Below are positions 23,104 through 34,756 of a stretch of DNA of 64,000 nucleotides, piece after piece; the first letter of the stretch is position 1, and each line of letters opens with the position of its first letter. A program made the position numbers and the translations under genes. The notes below the pieces were generated by a model, which saw nothing but the letters and a program-made list of their open reading frames with translations, was not told the DNA's origin and ran no database searches. Source of the DNA: Gammaproteobacteria bacterium (GTDB lineage Bacteria > Pseudomonadota > Gammaproteobacteria > Pseudomonadales > IMCC2047); contig JAJFKB010000015.1 in the NCBI GenBank assembly GCA_021773395.1, positions 8,579 through 72,578 of the forward strand, written 5' to 3'.

Positions 23104-25974
23104 GTGTCAGTTCCAATTTTTATTCCTGGACAGCGCTGGATTAGCGATACAGAGATTAACCTCGGGCTGGGTATTGTCGTCGAACAGACAGGCCGTCAAG
23201 TCGATTTCAGTTTTCCCGCAGCAGGGGAACGACGTACCTATGCAATAAAAAATGCACCGGTAAGCCGTGTTACCTATGAGGTGGGTGATGAGCTGACCAG
23301 CTCTGATGAATGGACCATGCAGGTGCAGCATGTACAATTAACTGATGGATGCCTGATTTATAGAGGAGTAGACGGTGCGGGCAATAAACGAGAGCTGCAT
23401 GAGCTGGAGCTGAGCGCGTTTGTACGTTTTAACACGCCTCAGGCCAGATTGTTTGCCGGGCAAATTGAACACAATAAACACTTTGAACTGCATTGTGAGA
23501 CGTTGGCCCACAAAGCTAAACAGCAGCGTTCCAGCGTCATGGGATTGCTAGGTGCCCGGGTTCAGTTGTTACCACATCAGCTATATATTGCGCAGCAAGT
23601 TGCCGATCGCTATGCCCCTCGGGTGCTGCTGGCCGATGAGGTCGGTTTGGGTAAAACCATAGAGGCGGGCATGATCCTGCATAAGCAGTTGAACAATGGT
23701 CGTGCCCAGCGCGTTCTGATTTTAGTTCCCGAGAATCTGCTGCATCAGTGGCTGGTGGAAATGCTGCGGCGCTTTAATTTGCATTTCACCATTCTCGATG
23801 AAGACCGCTGCAGCGCTTTTGATGACCAGACAAACCCCTTCGATAGCGCTCAACTAATCCTGTCTCCCCTGAATTTTTATGCGGCGAACAGGGATATTCA
23901 AAGCTTAGCGACTGCCTGCGATTGGGATCTGCTGGTGGTGGATGAGGCGCATCATCTGGGTTGGAATGAGCATCAGGTCAGTGAGGAATATGCCTGTGTC
24001 GAGCGACTGGCACAGATTTCAAAAGGACTATTGCTATTAACGGCAACACCCGAGCAACTGGGGTTGGAAAGTCATTTTGCGCGTCTACGTCTGTTGGATC
24101 CAGACCGTTACTATGATCTGGAAAAGTTTCGCGCGGAAGAGACTGAGTATCAACAGATCAATGAAGTCGTTAAAGATCTATTGGCCTGGCATTCTGGAGC
24201 ATTGCAACAGCAACAGGAAGAGCGCACTGACGATATGCCGCTTGACGACCTAATCGCGCGCTTGCAGCATTATCTTGGTGCGGAGGCTTTGCAAGCATTG
24301 CATGCCGTCGCTGATCATCGCTCCGCCGGCCAGGTGGTGGACACCCTGATCGCAACATTATTGGATCAACACGGAACTGGCCGAGTGTTGTTTCGAAATA
24401 CCAGGGACAGCATCAAAGGATTTCCTGAGCGGCAGTTAATTCGACATCCATTGGGCGAGCTGCCCTTGTCAGCGCAGGACTGCGCCGAACAGGCGATAGA
24501 AAGCCTGCTGTGTCCGGAAGGGCTGATGGGGGAAGACTGGCTCAAGATAGACGCTCGTGTTCACTGGTTAATGGCTTGGCTAAAAGAAAATCGATCTGAA
24601 AAGCTGGTTGTTATCTGTGCTCTGGCCGAAACGGCAATCGATCTCGATCAACACCTGCGAAAATCAGGTTTTGCATCGGCTGCATTCCACGAAGGTCTCG
24701 ATTTGGTTGCCAGAGATCGCGCCGCAGCACATTTTGCTGATATGGATGAAGGTGCACAGCTACTGGTTTGTTCCGAGATTGGCAGTGAAGGACGAAATTT
24801 TCAATTCGCCCATAATCTGGTGCTATTTGATTTGCCGTTGAACCCGGATCTTCTGGAGCAGCGAATTGGTCGATTGGACCGAATCGGCCAGAAACATAGG
24901 GTTAAAATTCATGTGCCCTATTATGAGTCGAGCGCACAGGCAAGGCTTCTGGATTGGTACGATACAGGAATCAATAGTATTGAAAGAAATTCGGATGCCG
25001 GTTCGGCCATATTTGAGTGGTTGGGTGATGCCCTGATCAATTGGTTAGTGATCGGTCACGATTCGAGCATATTGGACGATACGCGAGAATTGGCACGGCA
25101 ATATAGGTTGCGGCTGGAGAACGGTAGAGATCGTTTGCTGGAGATGAATTCCTGTCACCCAGAGCGTGCAGCCAGTCTGTTAAAGGAAATTGAGGCACAT
25201 CAGGAAGAGCGAGTACTGTCCGAATACATGGAGCGGTTGTTTGATCAGTTTGGTGTGGACCAGGAAAAACACAGTGATTTCAGTTCAGTGGTTTATCCGG
25301 GCGATCACATGCGTTGCAGTCACTTTCCCGGTCTACCCGAGGGAGGCGTAACCATAACCTGCGATCGTAACTTGGCACTGGCAAGAGAGGATATCCAGTT
25401 TTTAAGCTGGGAGCATCCGATGGTGACGGGTGCGATGGATATGGTATTGCAGGAAGATTTTGGTAATAACGCCGTATGTACACTCAAACTGCCGCCCCTG
25501 CAACCGGGTACGTTACTGCTCGAGACGCTGTTTGTGATGCGTTGCCAGGCACCGCAAGAGCTGCAGCTTTTTAGATACTTGCCATTGACCACTGTGCGAC
25601 GGGTATCGGATAGTCAGGGTAAAGATTTAACCCATGTATTGACGCAAGAGCGATTAGATCAAAGAGTAAAGCCGATAAAAAGGAATGTTGGCCGTGAGCT
25701 GGTCAAGCGCGCACAGGAACAGATAGAGACATTGATGAAGCATTCGCAACAGAGCATTTCGCAGCAGCACTCACAGATTATCGAAGAGGCGCGAACCAGG
25801 ATGTTAACGTTGCAGAATGCCGAATTGCAGCGTCTGCAGCGGCTCTCCTTAGTCAATCGGAATATCCGCAAGCAGGAAATTGAGCAGATTAAATTTGAAA
25901 CCGAAGCACTTGAACACTATTTGAACAAAGCGCAGCTTATTCCAGATGCTTTGCGCGTTATTCTTGTGGTCTAA
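23104..25974 (+). CDS. rapA: RNA polymerase-associated SNF2 ATPase RapA
   Basis: GQRWISD, LADEVGLGKT, DEAH, LTATPEQ, SEIGSEGRNFQF, QRIGRLDRIGQ; start set at GTG 23104 after AGAGGA. Confidence 0.96.
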   Translation: MSVPIFIPGQRWISDTEINLGLGIVVEQTGRQVDFSFPAAGERRTYAIKNAPVSRVTYEVGDELTSSDEWTMQVQHVQLTDGCLIYRGVDGAGNKRELHELELSAFVRFNTPQARLFAGQIEHNKHFELHCETLAHKAKQQRSSVMGLLGARVQLLPHQLYIAQQVADRYAPRVLLADEVGLGKTIEAGMILHKQLNNGRAQRVLILVPENLLHQWLVEMLRRFNLHFTILDEDRCSAFDDQTNPFDSAQLILSPLNFYAANRDIQSLATACDWDLLVVDEAHHLGWNEHQVSEEYACVERLAQISKGLLLLTATPEQLGLESHFARLRLLDPDRYYDLEKFRAEETEYQQINEVVKDLLAWHSGALQQQQEERTDDMPLDDLIARLQHYLGAEALQALHAVADHRSAGQVVDTLIATLLDQHGTGRVLFRNTRDSIKGFPERQLIRHPLGELPLSAQDCAEQAIESLLCPEGLMGEDWLKIDARVHWLMAWLKENRSEKLVVICALAETAIDLDQHLRKSGFASAAFHEGLDLVARDRAAAHFADMDEGAQLLVCSEIGSEGRNFQFAHNLVLFDLPLNPDLLEQRIGRLDRIGQKHRVKIHVPYYESSAQARLLDWYDTGINSIERNSDAGSAIFEWLGDALINWLVIGHDSSILDDTRELARQYRLRLENGRDRLLEMNSCHPERAASLLKEIEAHQEERVLSEYMERLFDQFGVDQEKHSDFSSVVYPGDHMRCSHFPGLPEGGVTITCDRNLALAREDIQFLSWEHPMVTGAMDMVLQEDFGNNAVCTLKLPPLQPGTLLLETLFVMRCQAPQELQLFRYLPLTTVRRVSDSQGKDLTHVLTQERLDQRVKPIKRNVGRELVKRAQEQIETLMKHSQQSISQQHSQIIEEARTRMLTLQNAELQRLQRLSLVNRNIRKQEIEQIKFETEALEHYLNKAQLIPDALRVILVV

Positions 25975-26034
25975 TGTATCTATATAAATTCGCTCGCCTG
26001 CTTCATGAGCCAGTAGTTAGACGGTAGAGGTCCT

Positions 26035-26319
26035 ATGTTTATTTTTTCGGTCAGCGCCAAAGCACGTAAAGCGATGGAAGGGATCGCCATTGGCCAGGAA
26101 GTCCCCTTTATTGTCTACATTAACTTCAAAGATCCCATGGGCGCGGAGAAACTCTGTCAGCTATATCTGCTGCGCGCAGGATTCAATGAGATTGAGATCG
26201 GTAAGCGTAAAACGGTATCTGAAAGTCTGCTGAAAGATCAACGTGTGGTGAATGCCGACAAAGCGTTAAAGGAAGCATTGGAAAAAGGTTACGCTGTTCA
26301 GCTATTCGATATGCATTAA
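26035..26319 (+). CDS. Small hypothetical protein
   Basis: 94-aa ORF with AGAGG RBS filling the intergenic space. Confidence 0.65.
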   Translation: MFIFSVSAKARKAMEGIAIGQEVPFIVYINFKDPMGAEKLCQLYLLRAGFNEIEIGKRKTVSESLLKDQRVVNADKALKEALEKGYAVQLFDMH

Positions 26320-26587
26320 TACCAGCTCAAGCGAACAGACGTTCTGGAGCTGTTTTGCGCCTCACAAAATCACCTGATTTTATATTTCATAAGCGAATCA
26401 TATAGTCAGCGTTTAGTCTAATAATTTGTACTATACTGATTACTACAGAATGCTCATATTGACCAAGGGATCTAGCTGGGCGGGCTTACCCGTCATTCTA
26501 ACCAATATAACCGGGTATTCTCGGATTCTAAATCTAAAGAAATTGGTATAACGGTGCAAATAAAGGTATTTGTTGAGTACCTGATCA

Positions 26588-29500
26588 ATGAACAAACTAT
26601 CAGATTATAGGCTCGTCAGAGCCTATATGGGCAATCCAGGAAAGCGCATCAACGGCTTGTTGATGAGTTTGCTATTGGGTGCAGCACTTATCGCAAGTGC
26701 TGAAGAACCTGTCAGAATAGTTCGAGTCGGCATTTACAATAGTCCCCCCGCAATTTTTATTAATGATGATAACGACCCTGATGGTTTCTGGCCACATTTG
26801 CTTGATCATATTGCTACCAAGGAAAACTGGCAGTTGCAGTGGGTAGAGTGTGAGTGGGCGCGATGCATGAGTCTGCTGGAAGAGAATAAAATTGACGTAA
26901 TGCCGGATACTGTCATTAACCCGGAAAGACAAAATCGTTTTGATTTTTCAAACGAAACAGTCATAGTCAGCTGGTCGAGAGTTTATGCTCATCCCCAAGC
27001 AGACATTCAGACAATTCTGGATCTGGAAGGTAAGCGGGTGGCTGTATTGGCAGAAAGCGCAAATTATAAAGGGCAGGGTGGTATAGCCGAATTGGCAGAA
27101 AGCTTTGCTTTGGATATTGAATTTGTGGAGTTGCCAACCGATTTGTCAGTACTTGCCAGCGTTGAAAAAGGGGCGGTCGCTGCCGCTGTAGTGAATAGGG
27201 ACTTGGGTTTCCTTTTCGAGCGTGACCTGAAGGTGCAGAGAACACCCATTATATTGCAGCCTGTGGATCTCAGGTTTGCCTTGACTAAAGGCACAGAACT
27301 TAGCGGCTATTTGATCGATATTCTTGATTGGGAATTACAGCAACTCAAGTCACGGTCCGACTCCATCTATTATCAGTTATTGGAGGAGAAATTGTTACAA
27401 AAGTCGGTAGAAGCACCGGGGCTGCCCGACTGGCTTTATTGGATTTTGGCTGTGGTATTTATTATTTTTCTGCTATTACTGGCCGGCAGTTTCGTGATGC
27501 GGCTGCGTATCCGCCAAAGGACCAAAGAGTTAAAAATGGAGGTCCGCTCGAGAAGACATTCTGAAGGTAAATTACAAGAGAGTGAACAAAGGCTGCAATC
27601 GATCATAGATAACGCGCCATCAATGGTATTTGTCAAAGACAATCAGGGAAAATATCTGTTAGTTAACAGCTCTTTTGAAAAAATGCTCAATCGTGAAGCC
27701 AGTCAAATTATGGGTAAAACAGACTTTGATTTTTTTCCGGCAGAGCTGGCACAAAAATTTAGTGGTGAAGACAAACAGGTAATAGAGAAAAACGTTATTC
27801 TCGAAATCGAAGAACGGTTGCCTGAATATACCGGTATTGATCACTGCGCAACCACCAAGTTTCCTTTGTACGAGCAAGGTGTGGCATATGCCGTTTGTGG
27901 TATTTCGACTGATATTTCAGATCGTAAGAAAGCTGAGTCATTGCAGCTAAGTCAGCAGAAAGTATTGGAACAGATTTCACGGGGCGATCAATCATTAGAA
28001 CAGATACTGCACACTATTATTGAATTGACTGAAAGTCATACACCGGATATTTATGGTTCCATTTTATTATTAAAGGGAAGTCAGCTACGCCACGGCGCAG
28101 CGCCCAGCCTGCCTGCCGACTACGTCGAGTTGATTGATGGTCTGGAAATCGGGCCAGAAGTAGGTTCCTGCGGTACAGCGGCATATCTGGGAGAGCGAGT
28201 TATCGTTGAAGATGTGCTGTTGGATTCTAAATGGCAGAATTATCGGGACCTCGCCAAGCGGCATGGTTTTCGAGCTTGCTGGTCTGAGCCGATAGTGGAT
28301 AGGCATGATAACGTACTAGGCACCTTTGCCGTCTATCGCGCTGAGCCAGGAACGCCGGATAAAAACGAAATTAAGATGAGTGAAGCGATGGTGCATGTCG
28401 CAAGTATCGCAATTGAACAGGAGAGAACCAAAGCGCAGCTGGCCAGTGCGTCAGAGGAGTGGGTTCAGGCTCTGGACCATTTTGAGGATGCTGTCTATCT
28501 CACGGATATGAACCGCAATCTGATTGCGGCTAATAAGGCATTTTATAACAGAATCGGATCAAAACCCCAAGGGAGTGTCGGAAGACCGGTGTTTGAGCTT
28601 ATCCATAAGGATGATGAGCAGCATGATCGTACCAGTTGCCCTTCCTGTCAGTTACAGGATCAGCATCGTGAAGGCAGTGTCATTATGGAGGCGAAGGATC
28701 CTAATAATCTGGAATCCTTTCCCATTGAAATACGTGTGAAATTGATTAAAACGGATTTTGAGGAACCAACTGGCATGCTGATCAGCGTGCGTGATTTAAC
28801 CAAAGATCGAATGCTAGAGCAGAAACTGCGTTTATCGGCCAGTGTGTTTGAGAATACCAGTGAGGGTGTGATTATCAGCGATAAGCAGGGCACCGTTGTC
28901 GAGGTCAATCGCGCATTTACCGAGATACTGGGCTACGAACGTGATGAAGCGATAGGTCAGAATCCCCGCATGTGGAAGTCGGATCGCCATGGTGAGTCTT
29001 TCTATCGGGATTTTTGGAACTCGTTAATGACTGTCGGGCGTTGGCGCGGTGAAATATGGAATCGGCGCAAGGATGGATCGGTTTTCCCGGAATGGTTGTC
29101 GATCAGTCAGGTGGTTGATTCAGAGGGCGAATTAACCCACTTTATCGGTGTGTTTACGGATATCAGTAATTTAAAGGAATCTCAGGAGCAGTTGGATCAT
29201 CTGGCTCATCATGATGCGCTGACTGATCTGCCTAACCGTTTGCTATATGTCGAACGCTTAACGCAGGCGATCAAGCATGCCGAGCGTCAGAACAAACAGC
29301 TGGCGATTGTTTTCATCGACCTGGATCGTTTCAAGAATATTAACGACAGTCTGGGGCACCCCGCTGGTGATCAGTTGCTTTGTCTGGTCGCAGAGAGACT
29401 AGAGGATGTGGTGCGTGAGGATGATACGGTAGCCCGAATCAGCGGTGATGAGTTTGTGTTGTTGCTGGAAGACATTGGTAGTTCCAATAATGCGGCACAT

Positions 29501-30514
29501 GTTGCGCAAAAAGTGATGCGTATCTTTGATAGTAGCTTTCAGTTAGAGGGTCGTGAAGTACAGACCAGTGCCAGTCTGGGTATAAGCCTGTATCCGCAGG
29601 ATGGTGATGATGCCGCTACTCTGCTGCGCAATGCCGATGCCGCCATGTACCGGGCCAAGGACGAGGGACGGAACAATTATGAGTTTTATACAGAGGAGCT
29701 GACGCGCAATGCATTTGAAAGGGTGTTGCTGGAGAACAGTCTCCGCCAGGCGCTAGACCATGAGCAGTTCCTGCTGTATTACCAACCTCAGGTTAATATA
29801 TTTACCGGGGAAATTATTGGCGCGGAGGTGCTGATACGCTGGCAGCATCCGGATCAGGGCATGGTTTCACCGGCGAAGTTTATTCCTATTGCCGAAGAGT
29901 GTGGATTGATTTTGGCGATCGGTGAGTGGGTGTTACGTGCCGCCTGTGAGCAGGGAAAACGTTGGCTTGATCAGGGTATTAATTTTGGCCAGTTGGCCGT
30001 TAATGTGTCAGGTGTGCAGATAAAAGATAGTGGGCTGGTTGACCGGGTAACTAAAATTATTGAAGAGACCGAGTTTCCTGCTTCCTGCCTGGAACTGGAG
30101 ATTACTGAGGGTTTCATTATGCAGCAAACCCAGTTTGCCATTGCCCAGCTGGAAGCATTACGAAATCTGGGCTTGACACTGGCTATCGATGATTTTGGTA
30201 CGGGCTACTCTTCTTTGAGTTACCTGAAGCGGTTGCCGATACAGAAACTTAAAATTGACCAGTCCTTTATTCGTGATATTCCTGACGACCTTAACGATAT
30301 GGCCATTTCCAATGCAGTGATTGCCCTGGGCGATAGTCTGAGTCTGGAGGTTATTGCCGAAGGTGTCGAAACCAAGGAGCAGGCCGACTTTTTGAAAAAG
30401 GCCGGTTGTAGTCAGGCTCAGGGTTTTCTCTATAGCCGACCGGTACCTGCGGAGGAGTTTGCACAATTGCTCAAGGAAATGAAAAAAGATGGTGTGGTTA
30501 CATTGACTCCCTAG
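26588..30514 (+). CDS. c-di-GMP enzyme: SBP-TM-PAS-GAF-PAS-PAS-GGDEF-EAL
   Basis: Family 3 SBP, GAF (GSCGTAAY, CWSEPI), HDALTDLPNR, REDD I-site, SGDEF, EVL, DDFGTGYSS, EGVE, QG. Confidence 0.93.
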   Translation: MNKLSDYRLVRAYMGNPGKRINGLLMSLLLGAALIASAEEPVRIVRVGIYNSPPAIFINDDNDPDGFWPHLLDHIATKENWQLQWVECEWARCMSLLEENKIDVMPDTVINPERQNRFDFSNETVIVSWSRVYAHPQADIQTILDLEGKRVAVLAESANYKGQGGIAELAESFALDIEFVELPTDLSVLASVEKGAVAAAVVNRDLGFLFERDLKVQRTPIILQPVDLRFALTKGTELSGYLIDILDWELQQLKSRSDSIYYQLLEEKLLQKSVEAPGLPDWLYWILAVVFIIFLLLLAGSFVMRLRIRQRTKELKMEVRSRRHSEGKLQESEQRLQSIIDNAPSMVFVKDNQGKYLLVNSSFEKMLNREASQIMGKTDFDFFPAELAQKFSGEDKQVIEKNVILEIEERLPEYTGIDHCATTKFPLYEQGVAYAVCGISTDISDRKKAESLQLSQQKVLEQISRGDQSLEQILHTIIELTESHTPDIYGSILLLKGSQLRHGAAPSLPADYVELIDGLEIGPEVGSCGTAAYLGERVIVEDVLLDSKWQNYRDLAKRHGFRACWSEPIVDRHDNVLGTFAVYRAEPGTPDKNEIKMSEAMVHVASIAIEQERTKAQLASASEEWVQALDHFEDAVYLTDMNRNLIAANKAFYNRIGSKPQGSVGRPVFELIHKDDEQHDRTSCPSCQLQDQHREGSVIMEAKDPNNLESFPIEIRVKLIKTDFEEPTGMLISVRDLTKDRMLEQKLRLSASVFENTSEGVIISDKQGTVVEVNRAFTEILGYERDEAIGQNPRMWKSDRHGESFYRDFWNSLMTVGRWRGEIWNRRKDGSVFPEWLSISQVVDSEGELTHFIGVFTDISNLKESQEQLDHLAHHDALTDLPNRLLYVERLTQAIKHAERQNKQLAIVFIDLDRFKNINDSLGHPAGDQLLCLVAERLEDVVREDDTVARISGDEFVLLLEDIGSSNNAAHVAQKVMRIFDSSFQLEGREVQTSASLGISLYPQDGDDAATLLRNADAAMYRAKDEGRNNYEFYTEELTRNAFERVLLENSLRQALDHEQFLLYYQPQVNIFTGEIIGAEVLIRWQHPDQGMVSPAKFIPIAEECGLILAIGEWVLRAACEQGKRWLDQGINFGQLAVNVSGVQIKDSGLVDRVTKIIEETEFPASCLELEITEGFIMQQTQFAIAQLEALRNLGLTLAIDDFGTGYSSLSYLKRLPIQKLKIDQSFIRDIPDDLNDMAISNAVIALGDSLSLEVIAEGVETKEQADFLKKAGCSQAQGFLYSRPVPAEEFAQLLKEMKKDGVVTLTP

Positions 30515-32676
30515 CCATTTTCCCTTGCTTCAACGAAGGTCATCTCTTTAATCGGTAGTTTACGTATTCTAGTCCCGCTGAGTTTGAATAGCGCATTGCA
30601 AACCGCAGCGGCCGCCGGCGGTGTGCCGGGTTCACCAACGCCACCAATCTCTGCGTCGCTTTCCAAAATGGCGACCTCGATCTCAGGCATCAAATTGGCA
30701 GGGAGGATCGGGTAGTCGTGGAAGTTGCTCTGCACGGCTTTTCCTTCCTTAAAAGTAACTTCTTCCAATAATAACTGTGACAGACCTGTGGAAATGCCGC
30801 TTTGCATCTGTGCTTCAATGGTATCTGGATTAACTACCTTGCCACAGTCAATGCTACACCAGATTTTGTGTATTTTGGGTTGTTCCCGCTCGATAGAAAC
30901 TTTTGCAACCTGAGCCACGATAGAACCGAAAGATTCATGGAGTGCGATGCCATAGGCGTAACGCATTGCATCCGTTTCAATAACTCCGGCCTGATAACTT
31001 GCAAGCTGCGTGGCAGTCTGCAGAACCTTTAAATATCTGGGCGATGAGTTAAGCAGCTCACTTCTGAATACTAATGGTTCTACGCCAGCTGAATAGGCCA
31101 TTTCGTCTATAAAACTTTCCGTAATAAAACCATTGAAGGAGTGGCCGACGGAGCGCCAAAAGCCAATGGGAATCTGATGAGTATGTTTTATCCAATCAAC
31201 CCGCTTATTAGCGATAGCATAGGGTTGATGGATAGCACCTTCTACTACTGAGTTATCTGCCTGGCCGGGTTTGAGTGGAAAGAGCCGGCCAGCCGGTCCT
31301 TCCCCTGTGAGACTTATATGCCAAGCCGTAATATGTTTACTTTTATCCAGTGCTGCCCTGTGTTTAACCACGGTCATGGGCCGGAAAAAATCCTGTTGTA
31401 GATCCTCTTCGCGGCTCCAGATCACCTTGACCGGTTGCCCGATCTTCTTTGCCAAAACCAGTGCCTGCTCGGCGTAGTCCTGATAAAAACGTCGGCCAAA
31501 GCCTCCACCCAGGTAAGGTGTATGAACAGTTATTTTATCCAGGGGTAAACCGGTAATTTTTGCAGCCAGTTGCGCAAAAAAATCAACACCCTGGTTTGGC
31601 GCCCATAGTTCACACTGGCTGCTGGTAACGTGGGCAGTACAATTCATCGGCTCCATGGTGGTGTGGGCCAGGAACGGGACTTCATAAGTGGCCTCGATCT
31701 TGTCAGCGGCTTTTTCAAAAGCATTTTCAATATCGCCCTGATCCTCTGCGGTTAGACCGGGTTCATCGGCCCTTGCTCTCATTTCCCTGGCCAAGCCTTC
31801 GGAGGAAAAACTTCTGTTGTCACTTTTTGCGTAAGACACGGGTAAATTATCCAGTGCCAGTTTGGCGTGCCAATAGCTATCGGCAACCACCGCAACACCC
31901 TGGGGAATTCTTTCCACTGCAATAACACCACGCATGGATTGAACTGCATCCGCATCCACGCTACTGATAGTCTCGCCATAAACAGGGTTTCTTTTTACCG
32001 CAGCATAGAGCATTCCCGGGACTTTTACGTCGATGCCAAACTCCGCTGTACCATCTGTTTTTGCCAGCGTATCTTTTCGTTTGACCGGTTTGCCGATATA
32101 ACGAAAATCTGATTCTATTTTTAGCGGAGGTGATTCAGGAACGGGCAGTGTGGCGGCTATTTCAGCCAGTTGGCCATAGCTCAGCTTGCGCCCTGAGATT
32201 TTGTGGCGTACCTGCCCATTATCGGTATCCAGCTCGGCCAACGGCACGTCGAGTGCCTGAGCCCCTGCCTGTAACAGCATCGCTCGGGCAGCAGACCCTA
32301 CTGTTCGCATCAGCTCATAGCTTGAGCGAACACTGCGACTGCCTCCAGTATAGCGCTGGGTACCGCCGAACATTGTTTTATACTGATCCCCATGGGGTGC
32401 CTGTGTGACTTCGATACTGTCCAGATCGATATCCATCTCCTCTGCAACCAGCATCGGTATCGAGGTGTAAGTTCCCTGACCCATTTCAATGAAAGGGTTA
32501 TAAAAGGTTACTTTTCCCTCTGGGTTCAGATTAAGAAACGCAGTGAGTGCGGAAGCTGGCGAGTTTTGGGATGCAAGTGCTTTGCGTGAGCTTAGGGGTA
32601 ACAGAAATGCAAGCGTTAGCCCGCTTGCACTGCCTGCCAGGAACTGACGCCGTGAAAGGTTTTTTATCTGATTCAT
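30511..32676 (-). CDS. iorB: Isoquinoline 1-oxidoreductase beta-like molybdopterin subunit (XDH family)
   Basis: Tat signal SRRQFL, EMGQG, TGGS, MEPMNC, GGGFGRR, WRSVG, GVGEPG. Confidence 0.88.
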   Translation of the reverse strand: MNQIKNLSRRQFLAGSASGLTLAFLLPLSSRKALASQNSPASALTAFLNLNPEGKVTFYNPFIEMGQGTYTSIPMLVAEEMDIDLDSIEVTQAPHGDQYKTMFGGTQRYTGGSRSVRSSYELMRTVGSAARAMLLQAGAQALDVPLAELDTDNGQVRHKISGRKLSYGQLAEIAATLPVPESPPLKIESDFRYIGKPVKRKDTLAKTDGTAEFGIDVKVPGMLYAAVKRNPVYGETISSVDADAVQSMRGVIAVERIPQGVAVVADSYWHAKLALDNLPVSYAKSDNRSFSSEGLAREMRARADEPGLTAEDQGDIENAFEKAADKIEATYEVPFLAHTTMEPMNCTAHVTSSQCELWAPNQGVDFFAQLAAKITGLPLDKITVHTPYLGGGFGRRFYQDYAEQALVLAKKIGQPVKVIWSREEDLQQDFFRPMTVVKHRAALDKSKHITAWHISLTGEGPAGRLFPLKPGQADNSVVEGAIHQPYAIANKRVDWIKHTHQIPIGFWRSVGHSFNGFITESFIDEMAYSAGVEPLVFRSELLNSSPRYLKVLQTATQLASYQAGVIETDAMRYAYGIALHESFGSIVAQVAKVSIEREQPKIHKIWCSIDCGKVVNPDTIEAQMQSGISTGLSQLLLEEVTFKEGKAVQSNFHDYPILPANLMPEIEVAILESDAEIGGVGEPGTPPAAAAVCNALFKLSGTRIRKLPIKEMTFVEARENG

Positions 32677-33146
32677 ACAGCCCCCGCTTTAGTATCGACC
32701 AGCGAGCGGATGGCCTGTTTGATTCGAACATAGCTGCCACAACGACACAGGTTGGTCATGGCCTGTTCGATATCCCTGTCATTGGGTGAAGGGTTACGCG
32801 CCAGCAATGCCGCCGCTGACATGATCTGACCTGACTGACAGTATCCGCATTGCGGTACATCAATTTTACACCAGGCCTCCTGGACCGGATGTGCCACGCC
32901 ATGTTTTGATAGGCCTTCGATGGTGGTGATTTTTTTCCCAACAGCAGCACTCACCGGTAAAGTGCACGATCGTACGGCAATACCATCGATATGGAGGGTG
33001 CAGGCGCCACATTGTGAAATACCACAGCCGAATTTGGTCCCGGTCAGCCCAAAAGAATCTCTGATTACCCAGAGTAATGGTGTGTCCGGCTCGATATCAA
33101 CCTCATGTTCAGTGTCATTTATATGCAGTTTAATCATACCGACCAC
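32673..33146 (-). CDS. iorA: 2x[2Fe-2S] small subunit (IorA-like)
   Basis: [30 protein letters not shown]. Confidence 0.9.
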   Translation of the reverse strand: MVGMIKLHINDTEHEVDIEPDTPLLWVIRDSFGLTGTKFGCGISQCGACTLHIDGIAVRSCTLPVSAAVGKKITTIEGLSKHGVAHPVQEAWCKIDVPQCGYCQSGQIMSAAALLARNPSPNDRDIEQAMTNLCRCGSYVRIKQAIRSLVDTKAGAV

Positions 33147-33267
33147 CTATGATTGAGAATATATAATTCGCATACCCGGAAATTTTTACTGCTTGATCGT
33201 GAGATACGCAGATTTTTTATCGAGCAGAGATAGCTATGACCTGATCCGAGTCAATCCGTTCACAGAA

Positions 33268-33666
33268 TTAATCCACGTAGTTGTAGACCAGATAGCGGGC
33301 CACCAGAGGTTTCAGGATCTCTTTTTTAACGCGGTTGTGGATTGGGTGATTCTGATAGGTGGCCAGAGCCTGTTGATCCTTCAGGACAATGGTCAGAGCC
33401 ACATCAAAAGAGTCATCGACCACATTTCGATCACTTGGGAAGGTTCTGCCTGCGCTGATGGCCACCACACCCGGAATTTCCTTGAGCGACTTCGTGCCGT
33501 CGATGAGTGCCTGTTGGCCATCTGTTGACCCAGGATCTTTTAACCAGGCGATCACCACATGGTAGATGTAACCTTTTTCAGATGATGATCCTGTCAGGTT
33601 GCTGCATCCCAGAGAAAACAGCGTTAAACAGATGATAAAAAGAGCTTTGAGGTGGTTTTTTTTCAT
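33268..33666 (-). CDS. Dabb (stress-responsive A/B barrel) lipoprotein
   Basis: SLGC lipobox, HVVIAWLK, IPGV, YQNHPIH. Confidence 0.85.
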   Translation of the reverse strand: MKKNHLKALFIICLTLFSLGCSNLTGSSSEKGYIYHVVIAWLKDPGSTDGQQALIDGTKSLKEIPGVVAISAGRTFPSDRNVVDDSFDVALTIVLKDQQALATYQNHPIHNRVKKEILKPLVARYLVYNYVD

Positions 33667-33670
33667 GTGG

Positions 33671-34246
33671 CTAGTCCATCAATTTATTCAAAGTTTGGAA
33701 AAGGGTTGTTCCCAGATTAAGGACGGCTTGCTGTTGGTTTTTATCGCGCAAGGTGCCGTTCTGAGAAAAGGCGGATGCGGCGGCGGGTATCGCCTGTTGC
33801 CCAGGTAACACGTTGATTGCCAGGTTATTGAGTAACATCCTTAGAAATACCAGACCACGCAAGCCACCCAGACTTCCGGGGGAGGTAGCCATGATAACGG
33901 CAACTTTACCACGGTAGGCGAGTAGCGGTTGTTCTTCCTCAGTTTCTGAACGCGATGCCCAATCCAGAGCGTTTTTCAGTAACGGGCTGAAGGCGCTGTT
34001 GTATTCAGGTGACGAGATAAGGAAGCCGTCACTCTCTACCAACAGCTGCTTGAAAGCGCGCGCTTCATCAGGCAGTCCCTGAGTTCGCTCCAGATCCTGA
34101 TTAAATATAGGCATTGGGTAATCTGCCAGACTGATCAGTTTCACCTCAGCACCCGCTTGCTCGGCACCGGTTGCGGCGATGGCTACCAGTCTCTGGTTAA
34201 AGGACTGGCTGCGTGCACTTCCAGAAAAAGCGAGTATTCTTGGCAT
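33671..34246 (-). CDS. NADPH-dependent FMN reductase
   Basis: FSGSARSQSFN, SPEYNS, LKNALDWASR, SPGSLGG. Confidence 0.93.
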   Translation of the reverse strand: MPRILAFSGSARSQSFNQRLVAIAATGAEQAGAEVKLISLADYPMPIFNQDLERTQGLPDEARAFKQLLVESDGFLISSPEYNSAFSPLLKNALDWASRSETEEEQPLLAYRGKVAVIMATSPGSLGGLRGLVFLRMLLNNLAINVLPGQQAIPAAASAFSQNGTLRDKNQQQAVLNLGTTLFQTLNKLMD

Positions 34247-34280
34247 AACAATACGCTCCCTTTGTGATCATTTCACGCCT

Positions 34281-34730
34281 CTACTTCTGATTTTGAGTCA
34301 GGATTCGATCAAGCGCGTTGGCGAATGACTGTCGGTCGTTTTTACCAAAAGGTGGCGGTCCACCGCTGGCTTGACCTACGCTGCGCATCTCCTCCATAAA
34401 ATTACGCATGGCCAGCCGTTGGCGGATATTTTCGGGGGTATAGAGGGTGCCTCGCGGGTTGAGAGCCAACCCCTTTTGTTCGATCACTTCCGCTGCCAGT
34501 GGAATATCCGCAGTAATGACCAGATCACCACATTCTATATGCTGCACAATGTAATTGTCGGCCACATCAAACCCTGATCCAACTTGTATGGATTTGATAT
34601 TTGTAAAAGAAGGGATATTGAGAGACTGGTTGGCCACCAGAGTCAGATTGACGCCGGTGCGCTGGGCGGCACGGTATAAAATCTCTTTAACCGCTGCCGG
34701 ACAGGCATCTGCATCAACCCAGATCTGCAT
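34281..34730 (-). CDS. yaiI: YaiI/YqxD family protein
   Basis: [22 protein letters not shown]. Confidence 0.93.
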   Translation of the reverse strand: MQIWVDADACPAAVKEILYRAAQRTGVNLTLVANQSLNIPSFTNIKSIQVGSGFDVADNYIVQHIECGDLVITADIPLAAEVIEQKGLALNPRGTLYTPENIRQRLAMRNFMEEMRSVGQASGGPPPFGKNDRQSFANALDRILTQNQK

Positions 34731-34756
34731 AGTTAATAGCTACGAATTAAGCTGAG

